A stretch of DNA of 32,000 bases from Desulfotalea psychrophila LSv54 (lineage in GTDB: Bacteria > Desulfobacterota > Desulfobulbia > Desulfobulbales > Desulfocapsaceae). Position numbers and translations under genes: made by a program. The stretch is from the NCBI RefSeq assembly GCF_000025945.1, contig NC_006138.1, positions 240,001 through 272,000 on the forward strand, read 5' to 3'. The number at the start of each line of letters is the position of its first letter. Within the stretch, counting starts at the first letter, position 1. The notes beneath the pieces were generated by a model. It ran no database searches. It was not told the DNA's origin and was given only the letters and a program-made list of their open reading frames with translations. Positions 1 through 8,240 of the stretch are shown piece after piece.

Positions 1-728
1 TTATCGGAACAGGCCCCGGAGCACGCGACCATATAATCCCGGCGGCCATAGAGGCCATAGAGAGAGCCGATACCATCATCGGCTATAGCACCTATCTGGA
101 TCTGATAGAGGAACTACTGGAGGGCAAGGAGGTGATCTCCTCTTCAATGATGAAGGAGGTGGATCGCTGTCGCCTTAGCCTGGAAATGGCCGAGAGCGGC
201 AAGAGCGTAGCCCTGGTCTCCGGCGGTGATGCAGGGATCTATGCCATGGCCGGACTGGTCCTGGAGATGGCCTCCCAGAACGATTTTCAGGCCGAGATCA
301 AGATCATTCCGGGGATTGCCGCAGTCAATGCCTGTGCGGCCCGCCTTGGTGCCCCCCTGATGCATGACTTTGCCGCCATCAGCCTCTCCGACCTCCTCAC
401 CCCCTGGGAGACCATTGTGGCACGCCTTGAGGCAACAGCGTCCACCGATTTTGTGGTGGCTCTCTATAACCCCAAATCCAAACGACGCACCGCCCAGATT
501 GCCCAGGCCCGGGAGATCTTCCTCAAACACCGCGACCCTGCCAATGTGGTGGGAATTGTCACCGGGGCCACCCGGGAAAACGAGGTGATCACCCTGACCA
601 CCTTGGACAAGATGCTTGAGTGCGAAATCGGCATGCAGTCAACGGTGATCATCGGCAACAGCAAGACCTTTGTCTGGCGGGATAAGATGATTACTCCTCG
701 GGGTTATGGGGAGAAGTATCAGCTCTAG
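1..728 (+). CDS. cbiH: precorrin-3B / cobalt-precorrin-3B C17-methyltransferase (CobJ/CbiH family), 5-prime end cut by window edge
   Basis: Frame 3 is open from nt 3 (IGTGPGARDHIIPAAIEAIERADTIIGYSTYLDLIEE...) and runs into the listed ORF 132-728. It has tetrapyrrole methylase motifs GTGPG and VALVSGGDAGIYAMAG. Stop TAG is at 726-728, followed by a hairpin. Confidence 0.85.
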   Translation, partial: IGTGPGARDHIIPAAIEAIERADTIIGYSTYLDLIEELLEGKEVISSSMMKEVDRCRLSLEMAESGKSVALVSGGDAGIYAMAGLVLEMASQNDFQAEIKIIPGIAAVNACAARLGAPLMHDFAAISLSDLLTPWETIVARLEATASTDFVVALYNPKSKRRTAQIAQAREIFLKHRDPANVVGIVTGATRENEVITLTTLDKMLECEIGMQSTVIIGNSKTFVWRDKMITPRGYGEKYQL

Positions 729-742
729 AAAAAACAGCATAT

Positions 743-798
743 CCCCCTCCTCGCCTCCCCCTTTTTTCAAGGGGGAGAGGTCGGGAGGGGGTTTTCTT
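743..798 (+). terminator. C5/G5-rich hairpin followed by TTTTCTT; probable intrinsic terminator of cbiH and a copy of a dispersed hairpin module
   Basis: ccccctcctcgcctccccc (743-761), loop ttttttcaa, gggggagaggtcgggaggggg (771-791), then ttttctt (792-798). Confidence 0.6.
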
Positions 799-1302
799 GG
801 CGAGGCGAGAGCTCTATAGGGGCAAGGATTTCGCGAAATAAATACTTCACCAAGAGCAAGACCTTCCAGATAATAACACCTCCATCCCCCAGCCTCCACG
901 GCCGTCCTTAAAACCTTATTGGTCTCAACCATCCTCTCAAAAGAAGTTCCTAAAGGACAAGCACAAGAAAATGCGCTGCGAGCTCCGCATTCTGGGAAAT
1001 TAATAAAACTGAGACATTGAATTATTTCATAAAACTTTTGACAAATATGAACCACGTGGAGAGTTTTCTTATCAGAAAATTACAACAATACCTTCTCAAC
1101 ATTTCAGATGAAATGCATGCAGCAATCTCTCACACAGACATTTCTGGTTTGCTCAGTAACAATCTGGTATTCTGTTAAGCCATTTATTATGGGCTGTTGT
1201 GCTTTTCACGACTGACCCTGCTTGTTCATCCCCCTTCAATGCACTTACTACACCAACTAAGCCCTTGATTAGTTGTATTATTTTCCAACGAGAGTCTTTT
1301 GT

Positions 1303-2340
1303 ATGAAACATAAAATTTTTATCATTGTTTGGCTTTTATTATTTTATTCAACCTCTTCCCATGCAAGCGAAATAGCACAAGAAATTCAAGCCGTAAACGC
1401 CGAAACTCAATTTCGACTGGGATCGCTCTACCACAAAAGCACAGCAGATTCAAAAGATCAGCAAAAGGCATTTTCCTGGTTCCAAAAGAGTGCCCGACTG
1501 GGACATGCCGGTGCCCAGTACCAACTGGCAGTCATGTATTACCAAGGTAAAGGAACTCTAAAAGACCTAAAAAAGGCATTTACCTGGCTGAAGAAGAGCG
1601 CCCAACAAGGAGATGCTTCGGCTCAATATCAACTGGGAATTATGTATTACCAGGGTAAAGGAATGATAAAAGACCCAAAGAGAGCATTTTACTGGCTTGA
1701 AAAAAGTGCCCAGCAGGGAGATGGCAATGCTCAATATCAACTGGCAGCCATGTACCACAACGGTGAGGGAACGCCAAGAAGCCCGATACAAGAACTTTCC
1801 TGGGTGGAAAAGAGTGCTCGACAAGGACACAGGGCTGCTCAATTTCGACTGGGAGTCATGTATTACAGAGGTGAGGGAACGCCAAAAGACCCGAAGAGGG
1901 CATTGCCCTGGGTAGAGAAGAGTGCCCGGCAGGGAAATGCCATGGCTCAATATCAACTGGCAGCCATGTATCACACTGGTAAGGGAACTCTAAAGGATGC
2001 TAAGAGAGCATTTTTCTGGTTCAAGAAGAGTGCACGACAGGGACATAGGGCCGCCCAATACCAACTGGGAGACATGTACTACAGGGGTGAGGGAACTCTA
2101 AAGGATCAGGAGAGGGCATTTTCCTGGGTGGAGAAGAGTGCCCGGCAAGGAGATAGGGCTGCTCAATATCAACTGGCAGTCATGTACTATCTGGGCAAGG
2201 GCACAGCAAAAGACCTGAAGAGGGCATTTTCCTGGTTTGAGAAAAGTGCCAAGCAGGGACATAGGGCTGCCCAACGTCAACTAAGAGTCATGTCTTACAA
2301 GGGTGAAGGACAAGTAACTACAGAAGATGGCGGGCTGTGA
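1303..2340 (+). CDS. Sel1-like (SLR/TPR-family) repeat protein, secreted
   Basis: About 8.5 tandem 36-aa repeats with consensus AQYQLgvMYyrGeGTpKDpkRAFsWfeKSArQGh. N-terminal signal peptide MKHKIFIIVWLLLFYSTSSHA. The ATG at 1303 is preferred over the TTG at 1273 that opens the listed ORF. Confidence 0.85.
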   Translation: MKHKIFIIVWLLLFYSTSSHASEIAQEIQAVNAETQFRLGSLYHKSTADSKDQQKAFSWFQKSARLGHAGAQYQLAVMYYQGKGTLKDLKKAFTWLKKSAQQGDASAQYQLGIMYYQGKGMIKDPKRAFYWLEKSAQQGDGNAQYQLAAMYHNGEGTPRSPIQELSWVEKSARQGHRAAQFRLGVMYYRGEGTPKDPKRALPWVEKSARQGNAMAQYQLAAMYHTGKGTLKDAKRAFFWFKKSARQGHRAAQYQLGDMYYRGEGTLKDQERAFSWVEKSARQGDRAAQYQLAVMYYLGKGTAKDLKRAFSWFEKSAKQGHRAAQRQLRVMSYKGEGQVTTEDGGL

Positions 2341-2600
2341 ACTATCAGCTATAGCAGTGGAGTAGCAGGGAGAGATACTAGATGCGAGAAAAAGCGGAGC
2401 GGCGAGCTGTCAGTTAAGGGCAAGGGCAAAAAGAAAACAGCAAAAGAAATTAACCACAGAGGTTGGGAGGACACAGAGTGTGTTGGATAAAGAGCAACAA
2501 CAAGAGGAAGAGCTAGTTAGCCACTACCCAGCGGACACAGAGATTTTTTTAGGTGAAGGGCAGCAGTGAAGCAGAGCGGCGGAGCGCATTGCCTGTATGG
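2341..2600. repeat. mosaic of dispersed intergenic sequence modules
   Basis: Contains gatactagatgcgagaaaaagcggagcggcgagctgtcag, ttaagggcaagggc, ttaaccacagagg..gggagg.cacagag, cacagagatttttttaggtgaaggg and cagtgaagc. Each recurs elsewhere in the window. Confidence 0.7.
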
Positions 2601-2773
2601 AAAAGATGAGAGACAGGGTGGCGGGGTGGAATGTCGGTCGAAACACTCGGTAAACAAAAGATGACTGACAATTTCACACCGATAATGCACGGGTAAAGAT
2701 GAAACGATTTTATCCGAAGACTTATCCTGTCCTAGCAATTTTTTACTCAGTCATGCATAGCATACGAATTTAG

Positions 2774-2810
2774 AAGAAAAAACGACCCATGGCTTTATTG
2801 CCATGGGCCG
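2774..2810 (-). terminator. rho-independent terminator downstream of the OmpA-like gene
   Basis: Stem CCCATGGC (2786-2793) pairs with GCCATGGG (2800-2807), loop TTTATT. On the minus strand the hairpin is followed by tcgTTTTTTc. Confidence 0.7.
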
Positions 2811-2831
2811 AGTCGGCTCTGCTGAGTGAGG

Positions 2832-3482
2832 TTATGCTTGATTTGGAGTAATTACAATCTCAACCCTTCTGTTTTGTGCATTCGATGAGGATATTGGCAA
2901 GGATTCGCCATAACCAATAGCCCTAATTCTATTACCATTAACTCCATATTGAATGAGGGCATTTTTTACTGCTCTAGCTCGTCGTTCAGAGAGTTGTTGA
3001 TTATAGGCTTCATTGCCAAGAGAATCAGTGTGCCCTGCAACTTTAATGTTGGTGTTTGGGTACTTGTTGAGAACTGTTGCAACCCTGTTGACTTCAGCCC
3101 ATCCACCCGGTTTGATTGTAAATGAGTTGGTGTCAAAAAATGTCTCACCTTTAAAGGTTGCGGTAAGAACGTCCTGATCACGGCGAACACTTGCTGCATT
3201 AGAAGCAGCAACTGCATTACGTAAATCTTGTTCTTGTTGGTCCATATAACGACCAATCTGGTTACCGGCAATGCCACCTACAGTCGCACCAATACCTGCT
3301 CCAAGCAGAGTGGCACCGGTATCGCCGCCAATAGCCTGGCCAATAATAGCGCCAACTCCAGCACCTACGCCAACTCCAATCCCCGTACCCTGCTGTTGGT
3401 TGGTTTGTCCGGCACAACCAACCAAGCTAAGTGTTAATAATATGATTAATATTCTCGATAGTTGTAACCATTTTTTACTCAT
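2832..3482 (-). CDS. OmpA-family lipoprotein with glycine-zipper N-terminal region (peptidoglycan-associated)
   Basis: Lipobox LSLVGC after a signal peptide. Gly-rich GIGVGVGAGVGAIIGQAIGG segment. C-terminal OmpA_C motif NIKVAGHTDSLGNEAYNQQLSERRARAVKNAL...GYGES. RBS GGAGA lies 5 nt upstream of the ATG. Confidence 0.85.
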   Translation of the reverse strand: MSKKWLQLSRILIILLTLSLVGCAGQTNQQQGTGIGVGVGAGVGAIIGQAIGGDTGATLLGAGIGATVGGIAGNQIGRYMDQQEQDLRNAVAASNAASVRRDQDVLTATFKGETFFDTNSFTIKPGGWAEVNRVATVLNKYPNTNIKVAGHTDSLGNEAYNQQLSERRARAVKNALIQYGVNGNRIRAIGYGESLPISSSNAQNRRVEIVITPNQA

Positions 3483-3610
3483 GAATTTCTCCTGAATGAT
3501 GTTTGAAAGATTTTATTTCCTAAGCCTTTGTATAACCATGTAAACCTCCTCCTCATATTATAAGGAACTAATATGGACTTCACAATGTTGGGGGGGATCA
3601 AACTGCATTT

Positions 3611-3995
3611 TAGAACTGCCAGCTATCATCTATCAGCTATCAGCTATCAGAAAAAAGTAGCAGCGGAGCGGCGGCAGTGAAGCGGAGCGGAGCGGCGGCA
3701 GTGAAGTAGCAGCGTAAAACAACGAGTGACGTCAGTGAAGTAGCAGGAAAGATGCGAGCAATGGAGTAGCGGGGAGAGAGACTGGATGCGAGATACGAGA
3801 TGCTAGAAAAAACGGAGCGGCGGATGATAGTGCAGGGCCACCTACTTTTCAGCAAGAGGAGAGCCTCCAGCTTAAGGCTGGTTGAACCTCCTCCCCCCTT
3901 CCTCCCCCTTAATTTCAAGCGGGCATAGAAGAGGGTTTCCTTAACGAAGAGTAAGAAATCAATCTGTTCCTATATTTTTTTTGTGGTTCGCGACA
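3611..3995. repeat. mosaic of dispersed intergenic sequence modules
   Basis: Contains (ctatcag)n, gtagcagcggagcggcggcagtgaagc twice, gatgcgag, gatgctagaaaaaacggagcggcgg, the left arm of the C5 hairpin module, and tcaatctgttcctatattttttttgtggttcgcg. The last is about 80 percent similar to 12557-12590. Confidence 0.7.
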
Positions 3996-3997
3996 AG

Positions 3998-5320
3998 CTA
4001 TAGCTCCTCGAAACAGACCCTGTTGCGGCCATTCTCCTTGGCAAAGTAGAGGGCGACATCGGCACGGCAAATCATACTCGCCTCGTTATCGCCAGGATGA
4101 AAGCTGCTGACGCCAAAGGAACAGGTGACAGAACCAACCACCGGGAAATCATTTTCTTCAACGCTGACACGAATCTTATCGGCCAAGATCCCTGCCCCTT
4201 CAAGGGTGGTTTCCGCACAGATAACAAGAAACTCTTCCCCGCCCCATCTGCCAACGGTATCAACCACCCGAGTACTCTCCTTTAAGATTCGCGCTATCTC
4301 CCGAATAACCTGATCACCCACCTGGTGGCCGTGATTATCATTTACACTCTTAAACTTATCCAGATCCAGCAGGATAAGTGAAACGGATCTCTTATAACGT
4401 TGGGCCTGTTCTACCTCATAGAGGAAGACATCATCGAGCCTGAAACGGTTATAGAGGCCGGTCAGAGAATCAGTAATAGAGAACAGCTCCAGCCTGGAAG
4501 TATAGATCTCAATTTCATCCTCATAGGAGAGCATCAGCCTGCTAATCTGCCTTTCAAAAAAGACCATAACGGCAACTGAGAGAAGAAGGGCAAGGAGAGA
4601 AATAGAAAATGAATTGTTCTTATGTCTCTCATATGTCCTCCTCATCTTTCTCGTTTCACTCTCTATAAGCTGATCAACATCATCGAGATAAACACCGCTG
4701 GCAATAATCCAATCATAGGGTTTATAGAGTTTGGCAAAGGAGAGCTTATGGGCAATCTCCTCCGAATTGATCTTTTTAAAGTAGTATTCAAAATAGACCT
4801 CTCCATCCTTTTTTACACCATTGAGTTCATCTTCATAGGGGCGATTACCCCGAATATCGGTCATATTGGTGGAGACCCACGTCCCCTCCCTCTGGGGCAT
4901 ACTTGGGTGGATCTGGACTCGTCCATATCTGTCACCACCGTCATAGTTAATAATACGGTTCACCCATATATAACCATCATCGATAAGGCGCAGGTTTCGA
5001 ATATGCCTGCTAACCCGTTCTATGCAGAGAGACTCTATCTCCTCTTCGCTAAGATTTTTTCCAACATTTTGATATCTTAACTCAGCTCTCTCATCTTCGA
5101 TGAGATAGATTGTCCGCTCCACAGCATTACGCAAAAATCGTTTTTTCTCATTGATGATCCCCCCTGACAGCTGTTTTATTTTCCTGGTGTACTCTTCCCC
5201 CAGACTGCGGGTGTAGATCGAGGAGAGGAGAACGGTAACCAGAATAATTACCGACATGGAACCGACATAAAAATAGCGGAGGATTGCACTTTTTTCTATA
5301 CGTATTCTATTGGATTTCAA
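3998..5320 (-). CDS. membrane diguanylate cyclase: TM - single Cache (sCache_2-like) sensor - TM - GGDEF
   Basis: GGEEF active site (RWGGEEF) with an RVVD I-site five residues upstream. Periplasmic block GYIWVN...HP...KLSFAKLYKPYDWIIASGVYLDDV is typical of sCache_2. Two hydrophobic helices flank it. The start is TTG, so the exact start is uncertain. Confidence 0.85.
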   Translation of the reverse strand: MKSNRIRIEKSAILRYFYVGSMSVIILVTVLLSSIYTRSLGEEYTRKIKQLSGGIINEKKRFLRNAVERTIYLIEDERAELRYQNVGKNLSEEEIESLCIERVSRHIRNLRLIDDGYIWVNRIINYDGGDRYGRVQIHPSMPQREGTWVSTNMTDIRGNRPYEDELNGVKKDGEVYFEYYFKKINSEEIAHKLSFAKLYKPYDWIIASGVYLDDVDQLIESETRKMRRTYERHKNNSFSISLLALLLSVAVMVFFERQISRLMLSYEDEIEIYTSRLELFSITDSLTGLYNRFRLDDVFLYEVEQAQRYKRSVSLILLDLDKFKSVNDNHGHQVGDQVIREIARILKESTRVVDTVGRWGGEEFLVICAETTLEGAGILADKIRVSVEENDFPVVGSVTCSFGVSSFHPGDNEASMICRADVALYFAKENGRNRVCFEEL

Positions 5321-5476
5321 GATCTTCCCATCTCCATTAGCCCTCTGTGCTATCAGGTTGGCCTACAGGTTTTGCAAGGAATAAACGATCAGCTAAGGGT
5401 AGGGGCTGAAGGATAAAACAACTCACCGAGGGAGCACGATACCAGATTTGTCCCCTTTGGCAAGAATAAGAAAAAG

Positions 5477-5640
5477 TTAACCACTGCCTGAAAGACAGAG
5501 AGGATGGCAATCTATGAAAGATAGGAGATGTGGAAGATACCAGATGCGAGATATGAAAGGTACGAGATGGTAGATGCTAGAAAAAGCACAGTGAAGCGGA
5601 GCGGAATGGCGAGCTGTCAGAAACTGCAATTTAGAGCTAT
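5477..5640. repeat. mosaic of dispersed intergenic sequence modules
   Basis: ttaaccactgcc..., gatgcgagat, ggtagatgctagaaaaagcacagtgaagcggagcggaatggcgagctgtcag. Confidence 0.65.
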
Positions 5641-5805
5641 ACTCTCTGCTCTCCGTGGTTGAGATAAAAGGCAGCATGTTGCACTCATTGCCTGAATTCA
5701 GATATACTACTCTACAGGAGCTGGGCTGAAGGCAATGGGTACAATTTTGCTCATTATAAAGGGCACCAAAGTGCAATACTCGACGAGAGCTGATGGGAGG
5801 CAAAT

Positions 5806-6384
5806 ATGCTTAGGTACTTCTTTTTACTATTTTTTGTTTCATTAGTCGGCTGTTCAGCACCCGGCATAGAAATTACAGACAATAATAACCACATTAAGAC
5901 TCCATATTACTCAATTACAGTGCCGGCAAATAGCGGATGGCAGCAACATAACGGCGGATGGAGTCCTGATCTTTTAACCGTGTCAAAGACCATATCCAAT
6001 AATTTTTACCTGATGAGATTTAGAACCAACTGGATTGAGGATGAAGACAGGCAATCATGGACGGCAGAACGATTAGCAGATGCATACCGCGCTGATGAAC
6101 GGGCTGATATGATAAAAAAGGCTGTAATGAGGGGCCAGTTTAAAATCAATAGTGCAGTTATAGGGGAGGAGAGGATTGGATATAATAAATTCTACACCAT
6201 GAATCAGATAATCACCTCCAAGGGGATAAAACAAAATTCATTCCTCTACCTATGCTTCCCCAAGGCAAATGGCTTTTCCAGGTTTTTTATAGCATATTAT
6301 ATAGAAGAAATAGACGCAGCAAAATCATTTAAGCACGAGTTTTTAAAGACCCTGTATACTTTAAAAATGGGAAATCAACACTAA
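5806..6384 (+). CDS. hypothetical lipoprotein
   Basis: Signal peptide plus lipobox (FFVSLVGCSAP). RBS GGGAGG lies 6 nt upstream of the ATG. I recognise no family. Confidence 0.6.
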   Translation: MLRYFFLLFFVSLVGCSAPGIEITDNNNHIKTPYYSITVPANSGWQQHNGGWSPDLLTVSKTISNNFYLMRFRTNWIEDEDRQSWTAERLADAYRADERADMIKKAVMRGQFKINSAVIGEERIGYNKFYTMNQIITSKGIKQNSFLYLCFPKANGFSRFFIAYYIEEIDAAKSFKHEFLKTLYTLKMGNQH

Positions 6385-6698
6385 GGCAGAAGATACGAGA
6401 TGCGAGGGCAACAACAAGTTAACCACAGAGAATGAGAGAACAGAGAGGAAAAAACATTTAAGGTAAAGGACTGAAAAAAGCTCCCCACCACTATGCTTGG
6501 AGCAAAATAGAAGGGCAGGGGCTGGGTACTTGCCGATCAGTTTAGTGGCTTCACGGCTTTTTAATTCATTGTCTCTGTGTGCTTGGTGGCAGTGGTTGAG
6601 GGTAGTTAAGGTAGCCGAGCAGCAGTGGAGTAGTAGTGAGCGACAGCGAGTAGCGTCAGCAGCGGAGCGGCGAGCGGAATGGCGAAATCAAGACAGAA
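6385..6698. repeat. mosaic of dispersed intergenic sequence modules, forward then inverted
   Basis: agatacgagatgcgag, ttaaccacagagaatgagagaacagagagg, aggtaaaggactgaaaaaag. An inverted attcattgtctctgtgtgc follows, then gcagtggagtag...cagcggagcggcgagcggaatggcg. Confidence 0.65.
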
Positions 6699-7811
6699 CT
6701 AGTCAAAGATCATGACCAGATAGGCGCAAAAGAGTATCAGGTGAACCATGCCGTGAATGATATTTGTCTTACTGCTGGAAAAGGTCATTATTGACACAGC
6801 CAAGGTGCTTACCAGTAGAACCGATTCTACCGGCTCAAGGCCGAGTATTAACCTGTTACCGGTGTACAGACTGATCAGCAAAACTGCCGGCACGGTCAGA
6901 CCGATTGTGGCAAGGGCAGAGCCAAGACAGATATTGACAGAACGCTGGAGCCTGTCAGAGACAGCGGCCTTAATGGCAGCGACACCTTCAGGGGCAAGAA
7001 CTAAAACGGCAATGAGTACCCCACCAAGGGCCACAGGAAAGTCGAGGGCAGCGATTGTATAGTCGATAATTCCGGCCATCCTCTTGGAGAGGAGAACAAT
7101 GGGTAACATAGTAAAAAGCAGGAGAAAGACATGATAGGTCACCGAGCGAACGGTGAGCATACCATGGCCATGCCCCTCCTCAAGGTCATCGCCGGATATC
7201 CTGAAAAAGCCCTGATGGCGCATGGTCTGGATGGCAAGAAAGGTGCCATAGAGGGCAACAGAAGCCAGGATGCCGAATATCATCTGCAGGGTGGAGTAGG
7301 TCCCAGCCTCTGTTGAAATGGTAAAGTTGGGCAGAAATAAGCTGAACACGGCAAGCGGAATCAGGACAACAAGAAATGTATTGGCTCCCTGCAGGTTATG
7401 CGCCTGCTCCAGATGACGGAGACCTCCGCAAAACAAGGAAATGCCAATCAGACCGTTGAGCACTATCATCAACACGGCAAACATCATGTCACGACCAAGG
7501 GTCGGGTTTTGGCTTCCGGTCAACATAACGGCTGTGATCATCACCACCTCAATGCTGATTACCGCAATGGTCAGAATGAGGGTGCCGTAGGGTTCACCAA
7601 GCCTGATAGCCAGACAGTCCGCATGCCTTACCACCCCAAAGGAGAGCCAGAGCATGGTAAGGAAGAGCCAGCAAAAGAGGAGTGTCGGCAAAATCGTCCC
7701 AAACAGGTTTGTCAGCCAGCCCCGGCCAAAAGCCAGAAAGCAGACAAGGGTAAGCAGACCGAAGAGGAGACCAGCCTCCTCCTTTACCAGCACAGCCATG
7801 GCTCGTCTCAT
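6699..7811 (-). CDS. chaA: calcium:proton antiporter, CaCA superfamily (ChaA-like)
   Basis: 370 aa with about 10-11 hydrophobic helices. Alpha-repeat-like GEPYGTLILTIAVISIEVVMI, with a second repeat in the C-terminal half (ALATIGLTVPAV). Size matches ChaA. A strong RBS GGGAGGGATAGG directly abuts the ATG. Confidence 0.75.
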   Translation of the reverse strand: MRRAMAVLVKEEAGLLFGLLTLVCFLAFGRGWLTNLFGTILPTLLFCWLFLTMLWLSFGVVRHADCLAIRLGEPYGTLILTIAVISIEVVMITAVMLTGSQNPTLGRDMMFAVLMIVLNGLIGISLFCGGLRHLEQAHNLQGANTFLVVLIPLAVFSLFLPNFTISTEAGTYSTLQMIFGILASVALYGTFLAIQTMRHQGFFRISGDDLEEGHGHGMLTVRSVTYHVFLLLFTMLPIVLLSKRMAGIIDYTIAALDFPVALGGVLIAVLVLAPEGVAAIKAAVSDRLQRSVNICLGSALATIGLTVPAVLLISLYTGNRLILGLEPVESVLLVSTLAVSIMTFSSSKTNIIHGMVHLILFCAYLVMIFD

Positions 7812-8240
7812 CCTATCCCTCCCTCTTTTTTATACAGATAGATGCATCCTCTTTATCAGAATATCAGGACTGGACAAAAAAAAGCAAAAGCTAAACAACA
7901 AAATTTAACCACTGCTTGGCGAACACAGAGCTTCTTTGGCTAAAGAGCAGCAGTGAAACGGAGCGGAGTGGCAAGGGCAAATTAGCCATAGCGATTTTTG
8001 GAGAAAAAGCGGCCTTGTTGCATAGATAATTTCAAGAGCCTGGAAGCAATGCTCTGTAACATCTCCCCAGGGCTGCCAAAACTTTATTCAGAAAAAATTG
8101 TATGCAACCAGGCCATGAAAAAGTGACAGGTAGAGCCAAAGCCAAGACGTTTTTGAGATGATTTGCTCTTATTCAATCAAGCCAATAGCCCGCTATATCT
8201 TTGACTTATTTTGGTCGGCCCTTTCTCTGTAACACTTTCA

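Noticed and set aside
639-1055. 138-aa minus-strand ORF downstream of cbiH
   Set aside because: It reads through the C5/G5 hairpin module (the PLKKGGGEEG stretch), has low-complexity composition, has no RBS, and resembles no family I recognise.
3640-3918. 92-aa minus-strand ORF
   Set aside because: It lies entirely within the mosaic repeat region. Its internal peptide repeat (FTAAAPL twice) derives from the duplicated gcagcggagcggcggcagtgaag module.
5477-5803. 108-aa minus-strand ORF upstream of the lipoprotein gene
   Set aside because: It largely overlaps dispersed modules (5477-5640). It has no start context and an odd composition, so I treat it as non-coding.
6497-6715. 72-aa plus-strand ORF
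   Set aside because: It is composed of repeat modules (gcagtggagtag, cagcggagcggcg) and runs into the 3-prime end of chaA on the opposite strand.
7398-7908. Plus-strand ORFs antisense to chaA (147 aa, 84 aa, and others at 6757 and 7131)
   Set aside because: These are shadow ORFs on the opposite strand of a clear multi-TM transporter gene. They are basic and low-complexity with no family resemblance.
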